Source: Podarcis muralis
Taxonomy: Eukaryota
Assembly: GCF_964188315.1 (NCBI RefSeq)
Contig: NC_135669.1
Location: 14,136,001-14,200,000, forward strand
Reading direction: 5' to 3'
DNA: 64,000 nt
A model generated the notes under the pieces. It was not told where the DNA came from. It made no database searches and saw only the letters and a list, made by a program, of their open reading frames with translations. A program made the translations under genes and the position numbers. This document shows, one piece after another, positions 1 through 12,300 of this stretch. How positions within the stretch are numbered: the stretch's first letter is position 1; every line of letters starts with the position of its first letter.

Positions 1-941
1 TACTTTGTTTCATGGTGCAGATATTACAGAATGATGCATAGCACAGAGAAAGTTGGTAAAGTGAATTCTCCCTCTCTCATAACACTAGGAACGGGCACGC
101 AGTGAAGCTGAAGATTTGGGACAGATAAAAGGAACTGCTACTTCATACAGTGAGTAGTTAAACTTGGAATTTGCTCCCATGAGAAGCAGTGGTGCCTGCC
201 AACTTGGATGGCTTTAAAAGATGATTAAACCAATTCATGGAGGGCAAGGCTATCCACATCTAGTAACCACAATGGCACAGTTTGCTGGGAATCACAAGTG
301 AAGAGAGCTCTTGAGCTCAAGACCTGCTTGCATGCTTCCCACAGGCATCTGACTGGCCATTGTGAGAACACGATACTGGAATAGATGGGCCAAGGGTCAG
401 ATGCCAGCAGGCTCCTCTTATGCATTCTTCTTTTAAAAGGGAACCTGTACTTCTGTTCCTTTTTTTGCTTTTATTCCTCTCCCAACAAAAGACTTAAAAA
501 GTCAAGAGCATCCAAAAAACAAAATGTAATAATCAAAATAAAAGTCAAATCCTTGTGTGGATGGGGCCCCAAGTCACATCGTGTTAACAGCTGAGGCTAC
601 TTTGGCAACACTACTGTATTACAAGATTACTGCTAGCAGCAGCACTTGTGAAAGGGAGACACTAAGAATTACACTTCATCCATTTGCAGTTCTTCCCAGT
701 AAATTCCTACGTTCAGTTTATCTAATCAACGGCCCCAATTAACCTTCTCTACAGTGTGGCTTGGTCATTGGTTAGGAAACCAAATCTGCTTTGATGACAA
801 GAACTGCATGAAAACCTCACAATCAAGCTACCCTGGTAAACCCTTGAAGATTTGAGAGCAAGGCATCTTAAAGTAGCTCTGCAAAACTATGCACAGGCAT
901 GAAACAGAACCATCAGGATGTCTAGTGACTGGGGATCTTAC

Positions 942-1095
942 CATTTCTGGATCATACTCCTCCATGGGACAAGTGTCTGTGTTTCCATTGGTAGTGGAAT
1001 TACTATAGTCAAGTACTTTGGCATTAGAGTTGCCCAGTTCCCACACTCTGGGCTTCTTCCCCTTGTCCTTCTGAGTGTCTGGCTTTGGAGACTTG
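942..1095 (-). CDS. SRPRA: SRPRA exon 6
   Basis: KSPKPDTQKDKGKKPRVWELGNSNAKVLDYS...DPEM, donor ATG|GTAAGA. Confidence 0.93.
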
Positions 1096-4000
1096 CTAAT
1101 GAAGACAGAAGAGAAACTCCAGTAGATCTTAGCAGTCAAGGAGGAAAAAACTGAGCAGAATTCCTGCTCTGAATCATCTCTAGCAGTGAACCCTGAACTT
1201 TGCTGGGTCACAAACAATCATAGCAGAAAAGACTGAGCGTGCATTCTGCATTATAATTTATTCTACCTATCAGTCCAAGGAAACACCATTCTCTAGGAAA
1301 ACAAGGAAGCGTACTCCAAGACAGTAAAACAAACTGGTGCTCAGAAGTCCAGTTTGCTCCCAAGCCTGTTGCCCAATTCAGAAAACCACAGCAAGGGATT
1401 CTAGCCTCCCTCAAGCCCTGGCTCAAAAATAAGTTTTGGGTTTGTTTTCCCAGTTCATTCCAGAATAGTCACCGGCCGTGAAGACAGATCAAATTAAGTT
1501 AGTCCTCAATGAAGCAGTAAACCTTTGTCTGGGCTATATATGGACTGATAGTGGCTCTCCAGGGTTTCAGAGAGAGGACGTTCCCAGCCCTACTAGAGGT
1601 TGAATCTGGGACCTGCTGCACATAAACAAATGCTCAGCCACCAAGCCATGGTCCTTCCTCTATGGACCATGTGACTACCCAACTTCACCTCTCTGGATGC
1701 AAAGCCAAGGGAGATCCGATAGCGTTATTCATTAGCAATGGCCTCACTTACTTGGACTTTTCTCCCCCCTTCATGTGCTTCTTAAAGAATTCCTCCCGGT
1801 TCTTCTGCAGGATCTCATCCTTGGTCAGTTCTTCCCGATCTCCAGCGGCAACGGGAGGATCCTGCTTAACAGCTGCGGTTGCTTTGGGGACGATAGCTGC
1901 TTCATTTCCTGGAGCTGGGTGGGAGGCGGAAAGCACTGTTTTAATAACATCTAATGTTCTAAGAATTGGGACGCAGGTGGCGCTGTGGGTTAAACTACAG
2001 AGCCTAGGACTTGCTGATCAGAAGGCCGGCAGTTCGAATCCCCGCCACAGGGTGAGCTCCCGTTGCTCAGTCCCTGCTCCTGCCAACATAGCAGTTCGAA
2101 AACATGTCAAAGTGCAAGTAGAGAAATAGGTACTGCTCCGGCGGGAAGCTAAATGGCGTTTCCGTGCGCTGCTCTGGTTCGCCAGGAGTGGCTTAGTCAT
2201 GCTGGCCACATGACCCGGAAGCTATACGCCGGTTTCCTCGGCCAATAAAGCGAGATGAGCACCGCAACCCCAGTTGGCCACGACTGGACCTAATGGTCAG
2301 GGGTCCCTTTCCCTTAATGTTCTAAGAGAAAAGGGCCAAGTCCTGCTTTTGAGGTTTTTAGGTAACCGCAAGTTTAAAAAATAATAATAATTGTGCTGAG
2401 CAAATTCCATGTTCCACCAAAACAAAAACATGTAAAATGAAATATTTAAACCAGGGATGGGGTTTAAATCAACCCTAGCCAGCATGGTCAATGGCCAGGG
2501 GATAATGGGAGTTGTAGTCCATCAACAAATGGGGGAGCCAGAGGACCTCCATCCCTGCTTCAGCTCCTCAACTAACAGGGTATCCGCAGTTGTCACTAAA
2601 TGAGCAACTGCATGTGAGACTGGACCTTTAAAACTGATTTTAATGAACAGGAGATGGATAAGACTGTTATCGATTCTGCTCCCGAGTGCAGGCCACCAGA
2701 AATAGCACAAACCCCACATTCCTCACCACAGCAGGCCTCTGGTTTGGCATGGCCTGCTGCTTGCATATTGCAACCCTGACTCACCTTCCTTTTTGGAACC
2801 TTTGCTTTTCTTGTTCTTGGTTTTTTCTTTTGGTTTCTCCCCTCGATTTTCTATCATAGACTTCACGGTTTTTTGGGATTTTGCCGACTGTTCAAACGAC
2901 TTCATGGCAGTGGGAGCTCGGGCTTTACTGCTCTCCTCTGCATCCCTGTTTGCAAAGAGGAAAAGGTTTACCCAATCGTGCTCATTCAATGCCAGACAAT
3001 GAATAAATGTATTTTAGAGCTGGCCTGGCTGGAGGCAGCACAGATGCATATTTACCGCATGGAATTTGTTTCCCTAACTTCTTCTAACAAGCAACTTTTA
3101 AGAGATGATCTTGGGCTATGTGGCCCTAGGACCCCTTGCCCCCAAAGGAATGAGACATCTAGGCTAGCTAGCTAGCACTGTAGTGCCAATACCCATCAAC
3201 AAACCTTGCCCATGTTGCGGGGTACAATGAAGTCATGTTGGGTTATGGGAGGGAATGCTGATGCTGTCTTGGCTAGGTTTCAATGGATTCCTCCAAAACC
3301 ATAAGAAACATACGGAGCTTTGCGGGTGGCGCAATGGTGAATTGTTCAATACCCCCCCCCCATTTATAATGCAACTCCGTTCAAGGTGGAAAATACAATT
3401 TCATTCTGAAGACAGCAAAAGCTGAGCACAGCAAAGTTCACACAAGCAGTTCCTAGCAGGGCAGAGTTCCTTCCTGCCCACCTCTACTGAGGGAGATCGT
3501 GTCACTCTTACTGAGCCAAGCCCCCAACTTACAGCTCCAAAATACAAGGTATCTGAGGCAAAACACAAGATCAGCAGCAAAAGATGAAAGAGAACATCCT
3601 ATTACCGTAGGAGACGTAAAAAATCCTCCTTAAAATCAAAGGTGCCATTGAGAAGCCCAAGAGCTCCCTTCTGCTGGAACTCGTTTCGATATTTGTCTCG
3701 GAACTCCTTATGAACATCATCTATCAACTTATCCACATAGGTTAGAGTTAAAATTTTCTGAAACCCAACCTGCAAGGAGAACAGTGGTGTTAAAGACAAG
3801 CAAAAGTAACCACATTATAATTTTATGATTCTGCGTTCTATGATTCCCGCATTGCAGGGGGTTGGACTAGATTATCCTCAGGACCCCCTTCTAACTTTAC
3901 AATTCTACATATTTGTGAAAGAGAAACTGCCCCTTGATGAAGCCTCATTGCTCTTAAGAAACATTTCTAAGGTGTTGCTATAATGACGGTTCGTGATGCA

Positions 4001-7000
4001 AGACTGAGGAACAAGCTCTTCTGATCCCAATCGAAGGAAAAGGAAGTAATGTTCCGCAACATCAAAAACAATACATCAATGCTGAGAAAAGTTTTCTATT
4101 CACTTTGCTATAGAGACTCTTGGGAGACAGGTTTTCCACCTGTCTGAGGTCTTTATCTCACACAGAATAACTCACTTACCACAAAAACGAGTTCAAATTG
4201 ATTGTCCAGCTTGTATTTAAGCGTAAGGGCTTCATGGTTGAAAGAGTTGCTGCCACCTCGCTCCTGAAAAGGCAAGAGAGAGAGAGAGAGAGAACACATT
4301 GGCAACAGCTGTAATGAGATGGAAACCCTACATTACAGGAGTTGTAGACATTCAGTGTTTTTTTGTTAAAGAATAACCATCCTGTTTACTGCTATCGCTT
4401 TGCAAGAGAACTGTGGGTACAATTCAGATTCTAGGAAACAGTGTCCAATCTTCATATTCCATACATGTTTACAAGCCTCTGTTTCAAGACACAAAGTACA
4501 CTTCACACCTAACAGCTATACTGTAATTCATTCAGCAATATGCATTTCCATCACACAAAGATTTTAGACTTTTTGCTGTTCAGACACAGTAGCTCACATG
4601 CTGTCAGAGATATCTGCCATCAGATCCCAGACTCCTACTTCTGTTGTCAGAATAGCCAAACACCTTACAGTGGTGCCTCGCAAGACGAAAAGAATCCTTT
4701 CCGCGATTCTCTTCGTCTAGCGGTTTTTTCGTCTTGCGAAGCAACCCCATTAGCGATTTAGCGGCTTAGTGGCTATTAAAGGCTTAGTGGCTAAGCTGTT
4801 AAAAGGCTATTAACGGCTTAGCGGCTTAGAAAAAGGGGGGAGCGGGGGGGGGGGAAATGGCAAGACTTGCAAGACATTTTCGTCTTGCGAAGCAAGCCCA
4901 TAGGGAAATTCGTTTTGCGAAGTGCCTCTGAAACGGAAAACCCTTTCGTCTAGCGGATTTTCCGTCTTGCGAGGCATTCGTCTTGCGGGGCACCACTGTA
5001 TTAGCTAGCATCGATGCAACTTCTTTGAGCAATCTTGACTTCCTATAATTAACACAAAGAATCTTGCAGCAGCAGCAGCCTGCTTCTACAGAAATCAGAC
5101 AGAAAATGTGAGTTGAGGGACATGTTATGAAGCAGAGTTTATAGTTAAATGGCACCCTAGCCATAAATCTGGGAAATATATATATTTGAGACCCTGGAGA
5201 GCTGTGATAAATCAAGACAGATTCTGATAAGCTATTTGAATCACTAGTCTGCCTTAGTATGAAACAGCTACATTTTCACCCAACCACCCATCAAGGGCAT
5301 GTCTTCATGAACAAGAAGCAAAAAGGCAGAGAAAATATCAGCAAAGTAAAGAAATCCAGAGGTGGGCAAGTACCACCTACTGGCAGCCAACTTAAAACAT
5401 GTCTATGTTGTACAATACAGAAGCAATTCCCACCATCTGAGTCATACAGATGTGCAAACTGCTAGTATGAGAGGCTACCCAAGGAAGCTTTCAAACATCC
5501 AAAGATAAATACTGCAGTGCTCTATAATCCATGAAAAAGTGCTCTGAAATAAGGAATAAAGAACCACATGGCACCCCAGGACAGAGGGAAACTGATAAAG
5601 TATCACCTTTTGGCTTGAAAAACAGTCTTTGAAATTCAGAAATAAAAGGAATGGCAAAAAGTGTTTAATCTCAGACCTGAAAGACCTGAGCAAAACACAC
5701 AAGGTAGCTAAGTCGCCAACTCTCAACCTAATATCCTTTTCTTATATATAAAGAAAAATAGCAGCATGGTGCTGACTGTGAAACACCACACCAAAGTAAA
5801 ATAAGTATCAACACTCCCAAAGCACAATTTACATGACAAAAAAATGAGCTTTAGTGACACCAAGAAAACGCTGACATTCACATTATTTTACAGAAGCATT
5901 TTTGAATGGTCATTTAAACTCTGAAAAAATGGACAGCAGAGCTTGATATAACCAATAATATAAATGAATATTTAGATGTTAGACAAATTGTGGCTAATAG
6001 ACTGGTAGTGCAGTTGAGCGTTTTAATACCCAGTAAATTTTAAAAACTTCTTTTAAAAAAACTACTTACTATACAACTTTCTGTACAGATGCAAAAATCA
6101 CAAAACAGAACTCTCAGGCTATTCATCCGACTTAAAACAGACCTGCTTTTATGGAATATTAATGCTTACAGTTGTGATCCATGACTAAGGATCCAAATGA
6201 CCCGATTACAACACGCTGCCAGAACTGGATGTACTATCAGATCATCCTGTCTCCTGTACCTGGAATCAGCTTAAGTAGTATCCATTCTCCAATTCCAATT
6301 AGTGTATGGAAACAGATAAAGAGTTAAGAGAAAGCTTAGGGGGATAGGTAGGTTGTAGTAGCCATGGCTACGGATGAGATCCAAGACAGAAAGAGTGGGA
6401 GAGAGGGATGACTAGATAGCATGATCCTTTGCACCTTTTCATTTTATGTTCCCATCACGTATTGTCTACCGCAGACTATTAGATTATGGAACAACAAGTG
6501 TATTTTGCATTAAGTCCTTGGGAATATAGCAGGTGCACACATAAGTACAAAAAAGGAAATACAAGTTATGCACCTGTGACTTTCTGAAATAAGAAACAGG
6601 CACTACAAAACAGGAAATCTGCTAAAATAGGAAACATATTTTCCTGTTTGGGCTTGCAATTCAACAGGGAATCTTGAACACAGCATATGTTTTACGAGGT
6701 TCTACAGGGAAATGCAACTTGTGTCTAGCCAGCTGCTAAATAGTTTCTGCAGATGAAAACAACTTAAACACGTTGGGAATTACTTATGAAGTAATAATTG
6801 CACCATTTGGGTCTTGTCTCTTGAAACCTCCTTGCAAAAAGCAGTGGTCAGGAGCAAACAAGAAGTGCTTTCTGGAAGTGTATCATCTGGAAGGGTAGCT
6901 GTGTTAGCCAAAATAAATGTGCTGGTATTTTAATGGGCTACAAATACTAAGGAGTAAATTCCATTAAACTATGCTGGCCGTACATTTAGGTAGGCATTCC

Positions 7001-8360
7001 TAAGATTAAAGTCTTAGGCTGCAATCCTATGCGCACTTACATGGGAACAAGCCCCATTGAACTTGAACAGTTTGTAATAACAAGCAGAGCTTGCAACAAA
7101 ATGTTGCTGTATGAACTGCTCCTATAACAAGATTCCAACCATGCACGCTCTTTTCCAAGATACCCCATTCCATACCTCCTCTCCCCTGGATTTTAGCACA
7201 CATCCCAGCAGTCAAATAATCATGCTGTGCCCACTGGGCATACTCAGTCCTGAGCAGGGGTGGGCGGGTATCCCACCATTAAGAGTTACTTCAATCTAAA
7301 GATTCAGTGCACTTCTTCAAACACTGAGTTTCTCCCAGTGCTAAGGATACTACCCCCTCTTCTGTGTTTGGATCATCCCACTTGGGTTACATTCACACTC
7401 ACAAAATATATGGCCTATTTACTATTTGCATTTCACTTTCAGGAGTTTAAGACGTTTCACATTCATTAGCAAGCTTGTAAGGCAAGGCTGGGGAACTCGT
7501 GGCCTTCCAGATGTTGCTGCACTACAACTCCCATCATCCCTTCAGACTGGCTGTTGACAGCTGGGACTGATTAGGTCTGGAATCCAACAACATCTGGAGA
7601 GCCACAGGTGACCCACCTGCTGATTTCTTCCACCACGGCAGATTTTGACTGACATTTTCAAAACAGTCTTCTCTTGTCAGCACATGTGGATCTATACCAT
7701 TCCACAGGGCATCGCAATTATGCACATTTGATTAAGAAAACCATGTTGTTGTGTGTCCCCCCCCACACGGGGAAAGTGTGGGAATAGCCTTGTCCTTCTA
7801 GGTTACTGATTCCCACATCTTGCACAGAACTGGGCTGTCCGTTTCCAGGCTGTTTCACAGAACCTTAGATTCGGAAGGGACCGCCAGGGGCATCTAGTCC
7901 AACCCCACCCCCTGCAATGCAAGAATCTCAGCTAAAGCATCCACGGCAGATGAACAGCTCCAAGGAAGGAGACCCCACAACCTCCCGAGCGAGGCTGTTC
8001 CTCTGTCGAACAGCTGTTTGGTTTATGTTTCCTTGTTTCACGTTCCTGATTTTTTTAAAGAGGAAATCGTTACCTTCCGCCCCCCCCCCCCGCAGTGAAT
8101 AAAGGTGGGGAGTTTGATGGTGGATAATAACATAAAGTCAGGGGTGGCGGCGGGAGGGGAAGAGGGAGAGAGAGGCACCCAAAATCGGCGGAAGGATGTC
8201 GACGTGTAAAAGGGAAAGCGGCGAGAAGACTCACCTGGAGCAGAACCGAGCGGATGAGCGCGTTCACGGGCGCAGTGCAAGCCGCCGCGGGGCCGCGCAC
8301 GCCTTGGAAGCACCACAGGACGAGGCCTCCCTTGCTAAAGATGGTGAAGAAGTCGAGCAT
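942..8360 (-). CDS. SRPRA: Signal recognition particle receptor subunit alpha, coding exons 1-6 (3' part continues left of the window)
   Basis: Exons 8360-8235, 4263-4180, 3769-3606, 2945-2785, 1935-1752, 1095-942. All introns are GT-AG and phases are consistent (873 nt, 291 codons). Translation MLDFFTIFSKGGLVLWCFQG...ERGGSNSFNHEALTLKYKLDNQFELVFVVGFQKILTLTYVDKLIDDV is the recognisable SRX/longin N-terminus of SRalpha. Confidence 0.97.
1752..1935 (-). CDS. SRPRA: SRPRA exon 5
   Basis: ...ELTKDEILQKNREEFFKKHMKGGEKS, donor AA|GTAAGT; phases match both neighbours. Confidence 0.9.
1968..2314 (+). mobile_element. Sauria SINE, full length
   Basis: GGGACGC.GGTGGCGCTGTGG head, GGGGTCCCTTT tail, 13-bp TSD TAATGTTCTAAGA (1952-1964, 2315-2327). 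Confidence 0.92.
2785..2945 (-). CDS. SRPRA: SRPRA exon 4
   Basis: DAEESSKARAPTAMKSFEQSAKSQKTVKSMIE...SKKE, donor G|GTGAGT. Confidence 0.95.
3606..3769 (-). CDS. SRPRA: SRPRA exon 3
   Basis: VGFQKILTLTYVDKLIDDVHKEFRDKY...FLRLL, 164 nt, ends in phase 2. Confidence 0.96.
4180..4263 (-). CDS. SRPRA: SRPRA exon 2
   Basis: ttcag|ERGGSNSFNHEALTLKYKLDNQFELVFV|GTAAGT, 84 nt. Confidence 0.97.
4668..4998. mobile_element. Tc1/mariner-type MITE
   Basis: TIRs CAGTGGTGCCTCGCAAGACGAA / TTCGTCTTGCGGGGCACCACTG, TA on both sides. Confidence 0.88.
8235..8360 (-). CDS. SRPRA: SRPRA coding exon 1
   Basis: MLDFFTIFSK...RSVLLQ, donor CAG|GTGAGT, phase 0. Confidence 0.97.
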
Positions 8361-9218
8361 GGTGGAGCCGGGAGGGGGGGAAGAGAGGGGGGAACCGGGG
8401 AGGGGGGCCTGAGACGCCGGGAAACCAGCCCGACTTCCTTACCCACGTCAGGCTATTCTCTTCACTGCGCGCCTCATTTCCGCCGGAAGCGGGCTTCCGG
8501 ATGGGAGGCGGGACCAAGGGGAGAAAGGGGCAGAGCGATTGGGCCTCGCTTCCGGAAAAGGAAATGGGGGGGAACCGCTGTGAGGACCATAGACGTACCA
8601 AAGCGATAGAGCGGTCGAAGAAAATGTGCTTTAATTTTTTTAAAAAAATAAGTTCGTCGCAACATAAAGAGACGGAGATAGGCATAGTCTAAAAATCAAG
8701 AGGGGAATGCGATGGTGAGGCACGACGCGCTTGCGCAAGACACAACACTGACGGCGGAAGGGGCGGGAACAAGAAGAGCTCTTAAGTTTTAAGAGCTTCC
8801 GGTGGGTGAGTTTGGACGGGCCACGTCAAAACTAAGGATGTCGCGTCATGAGGAAAGACGGGATTGGTTGTGCAGGAGGAAGGGATTGCATCGCGGCGGC
8901 GGATTGGCCAAGGACGGAGGGAAGTAGGCGGGGACTTATCTGAAGCGTGGGCGGTGCTTAAGGTGTCCGACCCCGGCGGGTTTTAGCGAGGCGGGGCAAA
9001 GAAGGAGGCTCTGTATTGGTCAGTGGAGAGGGGGTGGAGTTTCCTTGAGGAGTGGGCGGTGCTTCCCGGACTCAGAACGACACGGGTCCTATCAGGGTAG
9101 GCGGGGGGGCGGGCGTTTGCCGTGACGCGTTCAAACCTGAGGCGCTGAGGTAAAGAGAGGACGTCTCGGTGTCCGCGCGGGCTCGTCTCAGTCTCCTGAG
9201 GGGAGCAGAGCCGGCAGC

Positions 9219-9348
9219 ATGATCCGCGGGCGGAGGCTGCTGGGCGGGCTGCGGCCTCTGCTGGCCGCGGCGAGTCCTTCAGCGAGCCCGGCGGAGCCTC
9301 GCCGGCCGTTTCGTACAGGGGAGCCCCGACTTTACGACCCCGTCAAAG
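9219..9348 (+). CDS. FOXRED1: FOXRED1 exon 1 (presequence-like)
   Basis: [21 protein letters not shown]...LYDPVK G|GT; phase 1 fits exon 2. Homology in this region is weak. Confidence 0.8.
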
Positions 9349-12300
9349 GTGCGCGGCAGGCGGGGTGGCTTCTTCTCTAGGCCGGGCCTACCTCGCAGGG
9401 TTGTCGTGAGGCGAATCTAGGGCTGGGGGGGAGAGGAGGAGCCTCTTGAGGAAAAGTAAAAATCGAATAAAAGACGAGTGGGTTGGTATTGGTATTTTCA
9501 TCCAATCCTTCCCACTTTATTGGAATGGTTGATTGGCTAAGAGCTCTTATGAAGTGGATGCAAATTTAATAGAATTTAAAGTGGGGTTTTTTTAGTGTTT
9601 GTAAAAAATGGGACTATTTTTAATCCCCCTTACACGTGTGTCTCTTTTAATTAATTCACTGAATTGATTGACTGTTTGGCAAAAATCTACATACCTGGGC
9701 TCACATATAAAAAAAGTTTAAAATGATTTCATTCCAAGCACTTGGAAATATTTGTCAGCTTATTAGAAACAACTTCGATTAATTGAATTATTTAACTGTG
9801 CAGTGTGCATCTTAACAGAAGAGTTCTGAAGTGGGAGACTTTTAGATGATGCATGCATGTGTGCATACAGCCTCATTAGCATACTTTTACAATTAAGTCA
9901 TTTTAACAAAGTTTTGGTGGCTGTTTCATTTCTAGAGCAAAACATAGCTCTAATTAATACCATAATGACTGAAACAAACAGTTATCAGTCTTCATAAAGG
10001 TGCCCTTTGTACGTCATGTGCCAGTAATGGTAGTCCTGGTTCATGCCTGGCATCTCAAGGTAAAAATTTCAGCAACGCAAACAGCAGTTTGAACCTAACT
10101 GTTGAACTGCTGATTGCGTTGCTGAAATTAGCAATGCCAGGACTATAACTTTGGGTGCATAAAGTGCAAAGGGCACCTGAAAGGCTTGCCGTTACGAAGA
10201 CTGATAACTGTTTGGTTGTTTCAATCAGTATGGTTTTAATTAGAGCTATGTTTTGTTCTATAAACAGAACAGCCATTGTAACTTTGCTTTTATTTTTAAC
10301 TAGAAAAGCTGCTTTCTACAACTTGCGTAAATTTTTGTGAAGAACATGGATGTTCTTTCTCTCTTCATAAATCTACATATCTTGGGGGGGGGGGGGGGAA
10401 TAAGTTATATGGAGCTTTGAAGCCACCGGGAAACGTATTCAACCATTCTGTTCACAACCACACCATACAGTTAAAGCAGTAGCATGCCACTTTACGTTTC
10501 CGAGCACAATTCAAAGTGTTGGTGCTGATCTTTAAAACCCTAAACAGCCTCAGCCTAGTATACCTGAAGGAGCATCTCCACCCTCATCGTTCTGCCCTGA
10601 CACTGAGATCCAGCGCCAAGGGCCTTCTGGCAGTTCCCTTGCTGCAAGAAGCCAAGTTACAGGGAACCAGGCAGAGGGCCTTCTCAGTAGTGGCGCCCGC
10701 CCTATCATCAGATGTCAAAGAAATAAACAACTATCAGACTTTTAGAAGACATCTGAAGGCAGCCCTGTTTAGGAAAGTTTTTATGACTGATGTTTTGATG
10801 TATTTTTAATCTTTTGTTGGAAGCTGCCTAGACTGACTGGGGACACCCAGCCAGATAGGTGCAGTATAAATAATAAATTATTGTTGTTGTTTAACAATCA
10901 TTGCTTCCCGCAAAGAATCCTGAAATCTGCAGTTCATTGAGTGAGAGTGGTTAGGAGATTCCTCACAGAGTTGAAGCACCCTTCTCAAACTACAGTGCTG
11001 AGAATTCTTTGGGCGAAGCTATTATTGTTAAATTAGTGCAAGAGTGCTTTAAATACACAGCATGGACGTGACATCTGTCTGTATTTGAGAATTGCCAAGC
11101 CTTTCAAACATACCTTTCTACCGTAAGGGCTGAGATTCATGAAATTCTGGATTCTGCTTTCTCCAAACTTGATATATTGGACATGTTTGGTAGCAATAAG
11201 GTTGTGGCTTTATTTCTCAACTGAGTCTGCTAAGCACTAACAGCATGGTATTATTTCCGGCTTCTTTCAGATTTGGAGAAGGGAGTCATCGATGCCTACA
11301 AGAAAATGAAAGACTTCCTTCCCGGCAGTAGCTGGCACCCCGGGCATATTACAGAAGGTTTACCTCCTGACCATGCTGATGTGGTCATTGTTGGGGGTGG
11401 AGTAATAGGCTGGTCTATTGCCTTCTGGCTGAAGATGAAAGAACCACAGAGAAATGCATATCGAGTAGTGGTGGTGGAGAAAGACATTAAGGTCATTTAC
11501 CATCTGAGATCAATAATGGGGGTATTGGGGAACGGTTTCAAACATCAGGTTTGTTAAGTGTTGGGCTTGCTTTGTGCAATAGAGGCAACGAGCCATTAAT
11601 GTGCGTCCAAAAGATGTGCATGGCGACAAATCAGGAAGTGACAGGACAACGTCATGAATAGGGAGGAACTGGTGTGGAAGGGGGCAAGAGGGCGCTGATA
11701 CCGCCTCCACCAGCGCAGGGGCCAGGGACATAACACCCACACAAAATGGTCATTGACGGTATTCAGGTCCCTTCTAGAAAGATGAATTGCATTAAAGTGC
11801 ATTTCTGAAGGTGTGCTGTAGTACTTAGTGTCAGACTTGGCCCATGGAGACCTGCTTCAAATCTCTGCTCAGCCATCAAGCTATCTAGGTGACTCAAAGC
11901 CAACCACACATTCTCAGCTTCACCTGCCTCACAGCTTTAGTTGTAAATATTAAACAGAAGGGCAGGGAGAGAGAACTCTGCATTCTGTCCTGTACTTATT
12001 GGAGCCAGGGCAGGATAAATAAGTAATCAGGGTGGCTGTTCATTATGTTAAATGTAGAAATAGTAGGTGACCTTTTGAATTGCAGATTGATAATGCTGCA
12101 ACAGCAATAATGGGCATTCACCATTTTGTCCTGCCAGAGAATCTCTTCCACAGTTACCTTTTATTTTCTTGCTGCTCTTTACATTGCTGAAATGTTTCTG
12201 GGAGAGGGGATTTGACTATGGAGCTAAGTGACAGCATCATTTTCTGTTTTGCTTCTTTGCAGTATTCCAAAGCATCTACAGTACTCTCTGTAGGGGGAAT

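Larger units (their letters stand above)
8050..9420. promoter_or_regulatory. CpG island / bidirectional promoter between SRPRA and FOXRED1
   Basis: GC- and CpG-rich. Divergent ATGs at 8360 (-) and 9219 (+). CCACGTCA at 8443-8450 and 8821-8828; inverted ETS pair CCGGAAGC-GG-GCTTCCGG at 8483-8500; several ATTGG (CCAAT) and GGGCGG boxes. Confidence 0.88.

Noticed and set aside
8038-8692. Several overlapping 60-137 aa ORFs on both strands
   Set aside because: They are by-products of the stop-poor CpG island; only 8360-8235 is real coding sequence (SRPRA exon 1).
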